Positions 55,631-64,000 of a DNA stretch of 64,000 bases are shown here, piece after piece. Below the pieces are notes generated by a model. That model ran no database searches. It saw nothing but the letters and a program-made list of their open reading frames with translations, and was not told the origin of the DNA. The stretch is from a bacterium (GTDB taxonomy: Bacteria > Patescibacteriota > Patescibacteriia > SG8-24), in the NCBI GenBank assembly GCA_021824285.1, contig JAKAKZ010000002.1:1303-65302 (forward strand), written 5' to 3'. Position 1 is the stretch's first letter, and the number at the start of each line of letters is the position of its first letter. The position numbers were made by a program, and so were the translations under genes.

Positions 55631-56560
55631 TCAGCGGCGGCCGACGGCGCGGGCCGCATCTTCAATCATCTTGCGCCATGGCGCAAACATGGTGTGCGGG
55701 TCGTCAAAGCCAGACTCCAACGCGAGATACATCTCAGAAAGTTTTTTTTCGTCCCAAGCGGCCAAATCGCGCCAATCGTCGATGAGAACCAATGGCAAGC
55801 CCAGACCCAAGAAATGCTCGTTCATGATGTTCCGCTTGACGATAGGCACCGTGCGGAGCAGCAGGGCTTCCCAGGTGCGGATACAGTCGATGCCGTTGCC
55901 CGGCGGCGAGGCCACAAACTTGTAGCCGTGTAAAACGCGCGCGTATTCCGGCGGAATCGGCCAACCCTCTAGGCGGTCCGCGCTCGCGCAAGTCGACAGA
56001 GCATCCAGCGCCGGCTGCCGCTCGGTCGGGTTCGTGGCGACCGTAAAACCGTAAAGGATCCGATTCTTTTTCGGCGTGGCCGCACGCCTTAACCGGGCGA
56101 AAATCCGCGGCAGGCCGTTGTTGCAATAATAGCGGTTCTCCAGCCCAATGGGTATCGGCCTGATTTTATCGTGCCGGACAGCCACGTTCTGCGCGAACCA
56201 GGCCGCAATACGGTCATCAAGCTTAGCGGCGAGAGCGGCGTCGATATTCCGGTCGCCGTTGTGGGTGATAAGCACGTATTTCGCTGCAATCTTCGGATGC
56301 GCTTCGGCGAAATAGCGGTCAATCATCTTCACGTCAACGAAAATGACGGCGCCGGCCCGCACCGCCTCCGGACGGAACTCGCGGCCATTTTCATATATAT
56401 GATCGGCCATGGCCCGAAACGTGTCGCCGCTCACGAAGGGAAGGCTATCCGGCCGCGGATTCGGCGTGAATGGCAAAAGCCGCCGGCACAGGCCGCGCCG
56501 CAAGCGAAAAGCTAATTCCTTCAGGCGGTGCGTGCCCATATGCCGGAGAGGCGTTTCCAA
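55631..56560 (-). CDS. exostosin-like (GT47-like) glycosyltransferase
   Basis: YKFVASPPGNGIDCIRTWEALLLRTVPIV resembles the exostosin C-terminal motif (FcL.P.G....RL.EAl..GCIPVI). Confidence 0.5.
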   Translation of the reverse strand: METPLRHMGTHRLKELAFRLRRGLCRRLLPFTPNPRPDSLPFVSGDTFRAMADHIYENGREFRPEAVRAGAVIFVDVKMIDRYFAEAHPKIAAKYVLITHNGDRNIDAALAAKLDDRIAAWFAQNVAVRHDKIRPIPIGLENRYYCNNGLPRIFARLRRAATPKKNRILYGFTVATNPTERQPALDALSTCASADRLEGWPIPPEYARVLHGYKFVASPPGNGIDCIRTWEALLLRTVPIVKRNIMNEHFLGLGLPLVLIDDWRDLAAWDEKKLSEMYLALESGFDDPHTMFAPWRKMIEDAARAVGRR

Positions 56561-58068
56561 ACCAAGAGGCCAAAATCGCGCAGGGCGATCCTGTCTTCAA
56601 CCTCAAAGAAGCCGAACAGCAGATACAGCAGATAATAAAGCGCTACGGCAAAGCCGAATACCGGCAGGAGAGTCCAGAGGCTCGAGATGAGGCCGAACAG
56701 AAAGTAATGTGCCACCACCGCCACGACCGCGCCGCAGACCGCGTTCTTGAGAGCCAGATGCAGCCAAGCGCGGGCACGCCCCGCGAGACCGAGCACGTTC
56801 TTCTCCGCGAAACGGAACAGGCCCAACACTGGCAGGACCGCCACGAGATAGGCCCAGGCCGCACCCTCGATGCCGTAACGCGGCAAGAACGCCGCAAGCG
56901 CCGCAACGTTGATACCCAGCATGATGAACGAATACTTGGCCAGAATGCGCACCCTCCCGAGACCGAGCAGGAAGCTGTTGAGCGGCCCGTTCAGGGACAG
57001 GATCAGGTAAGTCGCGGCCAGAATAACCATGATCTTCCAGGAACGCTCGGCGAAATCGTCGTTCAGCCAATAGCGCAGGATGGGCTTGGAAAATATCGCG
57101 ACCGGCACGGCCAGACCGGCGGCCACGACCGCAAGCAGGCGGAAAGCGCGCACGTACATCTTCTTGAGGCGCTCCGTGTCGCCGCTCCCCTGCAGGGCGC
57201 TGGACATCGGGAACAGGATGCCGGCCAGGCCGCCGTTCACGCCCTGGATCTTCGTGGTCACGTTGCCCGGCAGGCTGTAATAGGCAAGTTGGGCCGGACC
57301 GAGGAGGAACGGGATGATGAGACGATCTAGCTGGATGAGCAAGGAGTTCGCCCAATTGCTCATGAAGTGCACGGACCCGAACTTCAGGCAGCGCAGGAAT
57401 TCGGTGCGGTCCCAAACGAACCGGAAGGAGATGCCCGGCAATAGGCGGCGCGCGACGCGACGGAAAGCAAGAAGGAACACGGTATCGTAGAAAAGCGTCG
57501 AGGACAAGACCGCAACCAGCCCGAAACCGGACAGGAGCAGGGCCAGAATCGTCATGTTGTTGAAGAAAATCTTGAGCATCCCCAACTTATTGCTGACATC
57601 TAGCCGCTGCAGGGCGGTGGGGACGGCCAGGTACACGCTGGCCGCGACGTTGACGAAAAAAATCGCGGCGGCGAGCGCAAAACATGCCGTGAAGTAGGTG
57701 TACCCGAGGCCTGCGCCGAGCGGACCGTAGGCGACGGCACCAATCGCCAGCATGGCCGCCGCGCCGGCTGTCGCGGTTCCGACAAAAAAAAGACCGGCCG
57801 TACCAGTCAGTCTTGCCGCGGCCTTGCCGTCGCCGGCGCCGACGTATTCGGCCAAAAATTTGGTCATGGCCGTACTGACGCCGATGTCCAAGAGCCCCAA
57901 CAGCGAACTGACCGTATTGAGGAGCACGAAAAAGCCGTAGTGCTCCACGCCCAACCGGAACACCACGACCGGCGTGACGAAAATCGCGAAAATGACCGGC
58001 CAGACGTAGCCCAAAAAGCCGAAAGCCGCGTTTTTGAGGGTTTTGTACGTTGGAGAATCGGTCTGCAT
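56521..58068 (-). CDS. oligosaccharide flippase (Wzx/MOP superfamily)
   Basis: 14-TM polysaccharide biosynthesis protein. N-terminus typical of Wzx. Confidence 0.7.
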   Translation of the reverse strand: MQTDSPTYKTLKNAAFGFLGYVWPVIFAIFVTPVVVFRLGVEHYGFFVLLNTVSSLLGLLDIGVSTAMTKFLAEYVGAGDGKAAARLTGTAGLFFVGTATAGAAAMLAIGAVAYGPLGAGLGYTYFTACFALAAAIFFVNVAASVYLAVPTALQRLDVSNKLGMLKIFFNNMTILALLLSGFGLVAVLSSTLFYDTVFLLAFRRVARRLLPGISFRFVWDRTEFLRCLKFGSVHFMSNWANSLLIQLDRLIIPFLLGPAQLAYYSLPGNVTTKIQGVNGGLAGILFPMSSALQGSGDTERLKKMYVRAFRLLAVVAAGLAVPVAIFSKPILRYWLNDDFAERSWKIMVILAATYLILSLNGPLNSFLLGLGRVRILAKYSFIMLGINVAALAAFLPRYGIEGAAWAYLVAVLPVLGLFRFAEKNVLGLAGRARAWLHLALKNAVCGAVVAVVAHYFLFGLISSLWTLLPVFGFAVALYYLLYLLFGFFEVEDRIALRDFGLLVWKRLSGIWARTA

Positions 58069-58143
58069 GCGGGACAGCGGTTGCGGCTTTATTGGCCAAC
58101 TATAGCACCTAAACTAGCAATAATCACGCCCCGGCCCAACGGC

Positions 58144-58842
58144 TCACGCGATTTCCTTTTTCAACCTAACGGAGAAGGACATTGTCCGCTTGATGAACTT
58201 CCACCGGTCGCCCCAACCGCGGTTCCAAGTGGACTCGCCGTGCAGGCGTTTTGGGAAGATCACCGGGAAGCGCAGGACGCGCAATCCCCGCTTCCGGGCC
58301 AGATAGAGTGCGTAGAGGTCCAGCGCGAAATCCGTCGGCGGATCCTGCCAAGCCTCGAAGAATGTGCGGTGGAAAATATTAGGCTGGCCGTTCACGTCGA
58401 AAAGGGCGCGGCCGAAGTAGAGCGTCTCGAAGAGACCCATACCAAGCGTGAACACCGTATCCGTGAACGGCCGTCCGTGCCGGAAACCCTTCGCATAGAC
58501 GTCGGATTTGTTGCCGTCCTTTTCAATAATCTCCAAGGCGCGCAGCACGTCCGCCGGCGGTGTCTGCAGATCGCCATGCGTCCAGCCGAGGTAATCTCCC
58601 TTGGCGGCACGCAGGCCGGCGAGCACCGCGGAACCGTAGCCCGGACGCGACTCGAAGACCGAGCGGGCGAACCCGTATTTCTGGAGCAGTTCCTTAAGCA
58701 CGGCTGCGGACTCGTCTTTGGAGTTGTTATCCACGATGACCACCTCGATGTCTGGCCGCCCAAGCACGGCGGCAAACCGCTCCAAGATGAGGGGAATGTT
58801 CTTGGCTTCGTTGTAGCATGGAACGACGATGGAAAGTTTCAT
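58144..58842 (-). CDS. GT2-family glycosyltransferase (Dpm1/polyprenol-phosphate sugar synthase-like)
   Basis: KLSIVVPCYNEAKNI...VVIVDNNSKDES. Confidence 0.75.
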   Translation of the reverse strand: MKLSIVVPCYNEAKNIPLILERFAAVLGRPDIEVVIVDNNSKDESAAVLKELLQKYGFARSVFESRPGYGSAVLAGLRAAKGDYLGWTHGDLQTPPADVLRALEIIEKDGNKSDVYAKGFRHGRPFTDTVFTLGMGLFETLYFGRALFDVNGQPNIFHRTFFEAWQDPPTDFALDLYALYLARKRGLRVLRFPVIFPKRLHGESTWNRGWGDRWKFIKRTMSFSVRLKKEIA

Positions 58843-58890
58843 GGGCGTGGATGTTCATCGATGGAGATATGACATTCGCTATTTGAGCCG

Positions 58891-60042
58891 CTACTGCAGA
58901 TAATCCTTCAACCGGTCAATCAGGAGTTTCTTGCCGATGACGTTATAGTGCGTGTCACTGGGGTAATATAGCAAAAGGTCGGGGCGTTCGGCGTGCATCT
59001 GCCGCTCGACGGAATACATGTCTATATAGTCCACGCCGCGTTTTTTCAGCGCGGCTTGCAGCTGCGGCAAAAAACCGTCATAGGACTCAACGTCGGGCAG
59101 GTAGTCGCGGTAGACCGTATATTTGTCCGGCATGACCGCCAACACCATCTTCAGACCGTATTTTTCCCGCAGCGTCTTACCGGCCATATCGATGCGGTCC
59201 GCAAGCCGGTCCATCTCCGCCTGCGTCAACTTGGCCGCATCGCGCGCAAACTCGACCTCGTCGCGGTAGAAGAACATCTGGTGTGCCGAAGAGTAGGCCC
59301 CGATATTCGTGTCGAGATCGCCGAAATATCGGAAAGCGATCTCTTTCAGCCAACGCCGGAACGGATCGACGAAGCGGTTCCGCTTGATGAAATACTCAAC
59401 CTCGGCCTGCCCCAATCCCTGATAGAAGGCCCCACTGACCCAAGAGCGCAGCGTGACCAGCAACGGGCTGCCGCGGACCGCCTGATCGATATTCGCCTGA
59501 CCGAAACTGGCCGGTTCCGTGCCGTCCAGCGGACCGGAGAAACCGTCCTTGTCCAGATTGCGGAAGATATTGCGCTCCACGGTCTCGACTACGGCGACTT
59601 TGGCCTGGTGGTGCTGGGGGTCGAATGCATGGCTGCCAAGATAGTCGGTGAGCCAGAAATCAGCCGCGCCCGCATTGAAGGTCTTGATACCCGAGGCCTT
59701 CTCCAGCTCGAACGGCAGTGGCCGAGAATCCATGCCGTAAGTAGTGAAGGAATCGCCGAACATCAGGACTTGGGCATCATTGATGCCGGCGTCAGAGGTG
59801 GCGTCGTTCATCATCTTGATCGGACGCGGCAAAGGCCCGACCTCGGCGTAGCGGTACAGATCGCCGTAAGTGAAGCCGTCGGTCGCGTAACCGTCCGGAC
59901 CGTGGGCGTTCGCCTGGTCCTCGATGAACCGCCGGCCGAACGCCCTGTCCTTGGATCCCCACAGGAAAAAACACGCCGCCAAGCTCGCCGTCCCAAGGAG
60001 CGTCAGTACCGCGATTTCCTTTGGTTCCTTCCGCAGCCGCAT
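58891..60042 (-). CDS. AlgX/AlgJ/DltD-like SGNH-fold protein (polysaccharide O-acetylation partner of MBOAT)
   Basis: Signal anchor. MFGDSFTTYG block. C-terminal YYPSDTHYN (DxH) block. ATG 2 nt after MBOAT stop. Confidence 0.6.
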   Translation of the reverse strand: MRLRKEPKEIAVLTLLGTASLAACFFLWGSKDRAFGRRFIEDQANAHGPDGYATDGFTYGDLYRYAEVGPLPRPIKMMNDATSDAGINDAQVLMFGDSFTTYGMDSRPLPFELEKASGIKTFNAGAADFWLTDYLGSHAFDPQHHQAKVAVVETVERNIFRNLDKDGFSGPLDGTEPASFGQANIDQAVRGSPLLVTLRSWVSGAFYQGLGQAEVEYFIKRNRFVDPFRRWLKEIAFRYFGDLDTNIGAYSSAHQMFFYRDEVEFARDAAKLTQAEMDRLADRIDMAGKTLREKYGLKMVLAVMPDKYTVYRDYLPDVESYDGFLPQLQAALKKRGVDYIDMYSVERQMHAERPDLLLYYPSDTHYNVIGKKLLIDRLKDYLQ

Positions 60043-60044
60043 AA

Positions 60045-61460
60045 TCAGAATTGGAAATAGATGAACTGGGTGTTGGCGAAACGTCCGAAGATCAGGACCG
60101 CTGTTAGTGCCAGAACCGTGAGCGCCGGTCGCCAAATCAGCGGGCGCATCGGCTTAAACCGCACGGCGCCGCCGCCGAATGCCAGCCAATCGCAGAAGCA
60201 GAGCAGGCCGATGAATACGGCAACCAAGGTCAGGTGCATGGAATTGGACAGTACATAGGGGCGCAGGGCCGCCCAATCCAGACCTTCGCGCGCTATACTG
60301 CTGAGCACACGCATCGCGTCAGACAGCGAGGCCGCCCGGAAGAAGACCCAAGTCAGGCAGACCAACACGAAATTGACGGCGACCGCCCAAACATGGGCCA
60401 CCCTGACGCGGAACCGCTCACCCAAGTATTTCTGGGCGATCAAGTAAAGGCCATTCAGGGACCCCCAAATGACGTACGTCCAATTGGCGCCGTGCCAGAG
60501 ACCGCTCAACAGGAAAGTGACGAACAGATTGAAATAATTCCTGGATTGCGAGACGCGGTTGCCGCCCAGCGAAATATAGACATAATCACGGAACCAGGAG
60601 GACAGCGAGATATGCCAACGCTGCCAGAACTCAGAGATAGAGGCGGCGAGGTACGGCGCGCGGAAATTGCGCATCAGTTCGAACCCCATGGTGCGAGCCA
60701 AGCCCCGAGCGATGTCCGAATAACCGGAAAAGTCGCCGTAGATCTGGAAGGCGAACAGCACGGTCGCCAGCAGGTAATGAGAACCGTGATATGCGGACAG
60801 ATTGCCGTAGATCTGGTTCACGAACACGGCCGCCCGATCGGCAACCACGGTTTTCTTGAAGAGACCCCACATAACCAGCTGCAGGCCGCTAACGAACTTC
60901 GCGTAATCAAAGTCGTGCCGTTCGTGGAACTGCGGCAGCAGATTCTGCGGCCGCTCAATCGGACCGGCCACGAGCTGCGGATAGAACATGACGTAAAGCG
61001 CGAAGATACCGAGATGACGCTCTGCCTTTTGCCGTCCGCGATAGACCTCGATGACGTAGCTCAAGCTCTGGAATGTATGAAAGGACAGGCCGATCGGCAG
61101 GATAATGCTCAAGTAAGGTATCGGCATGTTCCAGCCAAGCGCTTCCGCGGCCTGGTGCAGGTTTTCCGAGAAAAAATTGAAATATTTGAAGAAAAACAAC
61201 ATGCCCAAATTGGACACGATACTCATGACCAGGAACATCCGACGCCTTTCCGGTCGGCACGACTCCATGACGCGGCCGGCCACGTAATCGATCAAGATGG
61301 TAACCGCCAAAATCAGGATGTATTTAGGCACGAAAAACATGTAGAACAGGCAGCTGGCCGCGAGCAGCCAAAACCAGCGCCATTTCCAGGGCAGCATGAA
61401 ATAGCCGAAGGTGACGATCGGAAAGAAGACGAAGATGAAGTACAGCGAATTGAAAAGCAT
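60045..61460 (-). CDS. MBOAT-family membrane O-acyltransferase (AlgI/DltB-like)
   Basis: Characteristic MBOAT N-terminus and conserved His region. Confidence 0.8.
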   Translation of the reverse strand: MLFNSLYFIFVFFPIVTFGYFMLPWKWRWFWLLAASCLFYMFFVPKYILILAVTILIDYVAGRVMESCRPERRRMFLVMSIVSNLGMLFFFKYFNFFSENLHQAAEALGWNMPIPYLSIILPIGLSFHTFQSLSYVIEVYRGRQKAERHLGIFALYVMFYPQLVAGPIERPQNLLPQFHERHDFDYAKFVSGLQLVMWGLFKKTVVADRAAVFVNQIYGNLSAYHGSHYLLATVLFAFQIYGDFSGYSDIARGLARTMGFELMRNFRAPYLAASISEFWQRWHISLSSWFRDYVYISLGGNRVSQSRNYFNLFVTFLLSGLWHGANWTYVIWGSLNGLYLIAQKYLGERFRVRVAHVWAVAVNFVLVCLTWVFFRAASLSDAMRVLSSIAREGLDWAALRPYVLSNSMHLTLVAVFIGLLCFCDWLAFGGGAVRFKPMRPLIWRPALTVLALTAVLIFGRFANTQFIYFQF

Positions 61461-61488
61461 GTGAAGTGGCCAGCAACGGCCGGTTCGG

Positions 61489-63762
61489 TCACTTTATATC
61501 GCTTGTCCGGTAGACTGTAAACTGTCCGCCATCGAACGCCGCGACCTGGCCCGCAAAAGACTTATTGCGGCCTTTTTCTATGATCACGTAGTCCAGCCGG
61601 TCGAGCTCGGCGATACGGCGAAAGTCAGCAGGCTCCAAACTGCGGTAATGCTCGACGGTCCAGGTCCAATAGACGCCGCGGCTTTCAGGCGGTAGCTTTT
61701 CCCATTCTGCGTAGCTGCCATAAACCTCGTCCTTGCGCCGGTCGAACTCGACAAAATCGTCCTCACGGAACGGGAAACCGTTTCCCGCAAACACGGCCCG
61801 TCCGAATGCGAGCGGCAGTTCGTGCGCCAGATTGGGCAAATCCGTGACAAAGACATCGCCCGGCCGCGTCGCGGCGCTGACCCAGGCCGCAAAGGCCGGA
61901 TTCGCCGTCCGGATTCTGCCGATCGGATCGTCCTTGGTGGCGAAGGAACCGGCCAACCAGACGAGAGCCAAAACTGACGCGACGGTCTGGATGCCGCGGC
62001 GGCTGACCGACCAACGGCCGCACGCCAGTATCGGCGCAGTCTCGTGACCCAACGTCAGGGCTGACATCCACGCCGCCGCAAAAGCCAGCATCCAGTATCC
62101 CAGAGCGGTAAAACGAACCGGACCGAGCACGGCCATCGCCTTTACCGGATGAAGCTCCACGAAAAGCCATTCCAGCAGGACACTGCCGGCATAGGCCGCA
62201 GCGAACAGCGCCGCCACGAGCGCCGCGTCACGAGACCGCCTGCGCCAGGCAAAAACGGACAGCGCCGCGAGCGTGCCGGCCGTGCCAGCAAAGACCACCC
62301 ACCAGGGAATTGAGCCGACGGAGGTGAAGCTCGATGGGAAATAGTGGAAGACGTGATTCTCCTTGATGTAGTGGTAGACAAAATCCGCGGCGGAAAGCGG
62401 TGCCTTCGCGGGAAAGGCTGCGACCAGTGCGGCCATCGGCAAAAGAACTCCGAGGAGGGCCGAGCGCGCGTAATCTTTCCAGCGGCGCTGGTCCGCGTCC
62501 GCCAAGACGTAGAAGACGAATACTGTCAGGCCCTTCACCGGATGAAACATGACGGACACAAACCAGGCTGCATTGCCCAACCATGACCAGACCGCGCAAT
62601 TCCGTCCGAGCGTCGACAGCAAGGCGGCCAAAAACCCGAAGAATAGCGCAACAGCTTCGGCGTCCGGCGTCAGCTGAATCGGTTTCCAGAGCGCAATCGC
62701 AAAACCGTCCACCACCGCCGGCCACAGGACAGCCGCCGTAAACAACCAGAGCGCAGCTTGGGCCACGGCCAGAAGGCGATGCTCTTTGAGCTTCCGGTCG
62801 AGCTGTGCGGAGAGCGCCAAGAAGATGATCGCCGGTGTCGCCATCACCAGAAAGGTCTTCAGGAAAAAGACCGTGGTGTACCAATCGGTATGGAATAGGC
62901 GCGTCAGACCGATGACGGCATAGCCGAAAATCCAGCGCGGGTTCGGCTGGGAGCTGGAATCGGTGAAAAAGTCGTTGGATGCGAATGTGGGGTCGAAGTG
63001 ACGTGCGAAAAACGGTCCCATGTCCATCGCCGGCCAGTCGAAGGCCGACGGCCCGTGCCACATGAAAAGCGCCAGTGAAATGACCGACAGCGAAGCCGCC
63101 GAGACCAATCGCTGGAGTGCGAGGAAGCGCTCCAGGCCGGCCGCGTCTACTGGGGCCGCCGTCTGATCAGCTCGGCGCGAAAGGAACGTCAGGGCGAGAA
63201 CCGCGGCTAGGGCGGCAAGGAGCGCCAGGCCGAACGCCAGCCGGGCGGCCATAAGGCCGCGCGCCAAAACGCGCCAATCGCCGGGCCAGTTCATCAGGTT
63301 GCGGAATGGCGGCAGGAGCGACGTGCCGGAACGGATATCCCGGGCGGTCACCAAACCGGGCGCGGGAACGCCCTCCGCGCTTCCGGGAACGGAAAGCTTG
63401 CGGCTGAAATCCATTTCCCGTCCGCCGACCGCGACCGTCAAAGAGGTCAAGTCAGCGGCTCCGGCACCAGCCGTGAATTTCACGCCGGAAAACCAGCTGT
63501 CTCCTCTATATATAAGGCAGTCGCCATCCGCCACTGGCGACAAGGCAATTTCCGCCTTGTTGCGCGTGACCTGCAGGACCTGAAGTTCCTCGCCGACAGG
63601 CGCGACGCTCCAACAGGCCCGCACCGTCACCTGATCGGCAACCGCCGAACCGCGTGCGATGTCGCGAAGCGCTGCTCCACACCAAACCGCGACGGCAATC
63701 GCAAATGCCGTCAGGATGCGGGACCGCAGATCTTTCGCCGGAATCTGGAGCATGGGCATCAA
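61489..63762 (-). CDS. large polytopic membrane protein (hypothetical; glycan-locus-associated)
   Basis: 757 aa, more than 12 TM helices plus soluble domains. No motif recognised. Confidence 0.55.
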   Translation of the reverse strand: MMPMLQIPAKDLRSRILTAFAIAVAVWCGAALRDIARGSAVADQVTVRACWSVAPVGEELQVLQVTRNKAEIALSPVADGDCLIYRGDSWFSGVKFTAGAGAADLTSLTVAVGGREMDFSRKLSVPGSAEGVPAPGLVTARDIRSGTSLLPPFRNLMNWPGDWRVLARGLMAARLAFGLALLAALAAVLALTFLSRRADQTAAPVDAAGLERFLALQRLVSAASLSVISLALFMWHGPSAFDWPAMDMGPFFARHFDPTFASNDFFTDSSSQPNPRWIFGYAVIGLTRLFHTDWYTTVFFLKTFLVMATPAIIFLALSAQLDRKLKEHRLLAVAQAALWLFTAAVLWPAVVDGFAIALWKPIQLTPDAEAVALFFGFLAALLSTLGRNCAVWSWLGNAAWFVSVMFHPVKGLTVFVFYVLADADQRRWKDYARSALLGVLLPMAALVAAFPAKAPLSAADFVYHYIKENHVFHYFPSSFTSVGSIPWWVVFAGTAGTLAALSVFAWRRRSRDAALVAALFAAAYAGSVLLEWLFVELHPVKAMAVLGPVRFTALGYWMLAFAAAWMSALTLGHETAPILACGRWSVSRRGIQTVASVLALVWLAGSFATKDDPIGRIRTANPAFAAWVSAATRPGDVFVTDLPNLAHELPLAFGRAVFAGNGFPFREDDFVEFDRRKDEVYGSYAEWEKLPPESRGVYWTWTVEHYRSLEPADFRRIAELDRLDYVIIEKGRNKSFAGQVAAFDGGQFTVYRTSDIK

Positions 63763-63774
63763 GTCGCTTCGTCA

Positions 63775-64000
63775 GCGCTTCTTGAATACGTAGATGTCGT
63801 CGTTCTGGCCGACCAGATCGTACGGAAGCCCGCCCTGAAGCAGCCTCTCAACCAAGTCGGCGGTATGCCGACAGGCGTCCTGGTCGCGCAGCAGGCCAAG
63901 CCGCGACGTATCGATGAACGGCTCGTTGCGACGCAGGACCACGAAATCCTTGGGCTTGAACGACTTCAGAAGTTCCGCCGGACTCTTCGCGTCGCCCCAA
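63775..64000 (-). CDS. C-terminal fragment of a protein (possibly glycosyltransferase); 5' part beyond window
   Basis: Minus-strand ORF ending ...DIYVFKKR* at 63775, continues past 64000. Confidence 0.35.

Overview
High-GC (about 64-65%) bacterial chromosomal window, mostly encoded on the minus strand, with many secreted or membrane hypothetical proteins and unusually repeat-rich intergenic regions. Genes I can support, in order, are listed below.

- Window start to 7.5 kb: a partial NADPH-dependent FMN reductase, an HtrA/DegP protease, and a class II (B12) ribonucleotide reductase nrdJ with two NrdR-box-like palindromes in its leader.
- 7.7-12.6 kb: the most interesting region. It holds a DEDDy 3'-5' exonuclease, an unlisted 49-aa Cys/His-rich ORF, and a minus-strand operon encoding a beta-grasp ubiquitin-like protein, a ThiF/MoeB-type E1 and a 472-aa protein. 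The C-terminus of that protein carries a eukaryote-like UBC E2 signature (HPH-x4-G-x2-C). The start of the E1 gene overlaps the stop of the E2-fusion gene in an ATGA arrangement. A winged-HTH gene and a convergent HExxH mini-metallopeptidase gene flank the operon. No JAB/MPN deubiquitinase is visible.
- 12.7-19.7 kb: a CCA-adding enzyme, a purine nucleoside phosphorylase, a zur-znuACB zinc uptake operon with a perfect 16-bp palindromic operator, and an ATP-cone::PD-(D/E)xK nuclease fusion.
- 19.8-24.5 kb: a large FN3/Cys-rich secreted protein, a trypsin-like protease, a prepilin-type pseudopilin and one hypothetical.
- 24.6-29.7 kb: a GH15-GH57-GT4 alpha-glucan cluster. It carries a small co-transcribed protein whose paralog sits next to the Ubl/E1/E2 locus.
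- 30-33.4 kb: a CYTH::NadR-type kinase fusion and a NadD::NadK fusion.
- 33.6-42 kb: two matrixin-like metalloproteases, a TPR/PMT-like membrane protein, and a type III PLP decarboxylase.
- 42-46 kb: an extracytoplasmic flavinylation cluster (FMN-binding protein, ApbE, RnfD/NqrB-like membrane protein, SLT lytic transglycosylase).
- 48-64 kb: a large glycan-biosynthesis locus. It includes GDP-mannose 3,5-epimerase, two GT11-like enzymes, GnT-I-like and exostosin-like GT-A enzymes, two GT2 enzymes, an FkbM methyltransferase, a Wzx flippase, an MBOAT/AlgJ-like O-acetylation pair and large membrane proteins.

No rRNA, tRNA or CRISPR array was recognised.

Several repeat families were found: a palindromic GGCGGGGTCCCGCC element at four loci, a conserved AAAATCGCGCC...GGCGCGATTTT hairpin at three loci, a MITE-like element with perfect 15-bp terminal inverted repeats, and a (GA)12 microsatellite.

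The gene content (pilins, GH15/GH57, class II RNR, many tiny secreted proteins) would fit an uncultivated lineage. Taxonomy cannot be established from this window.
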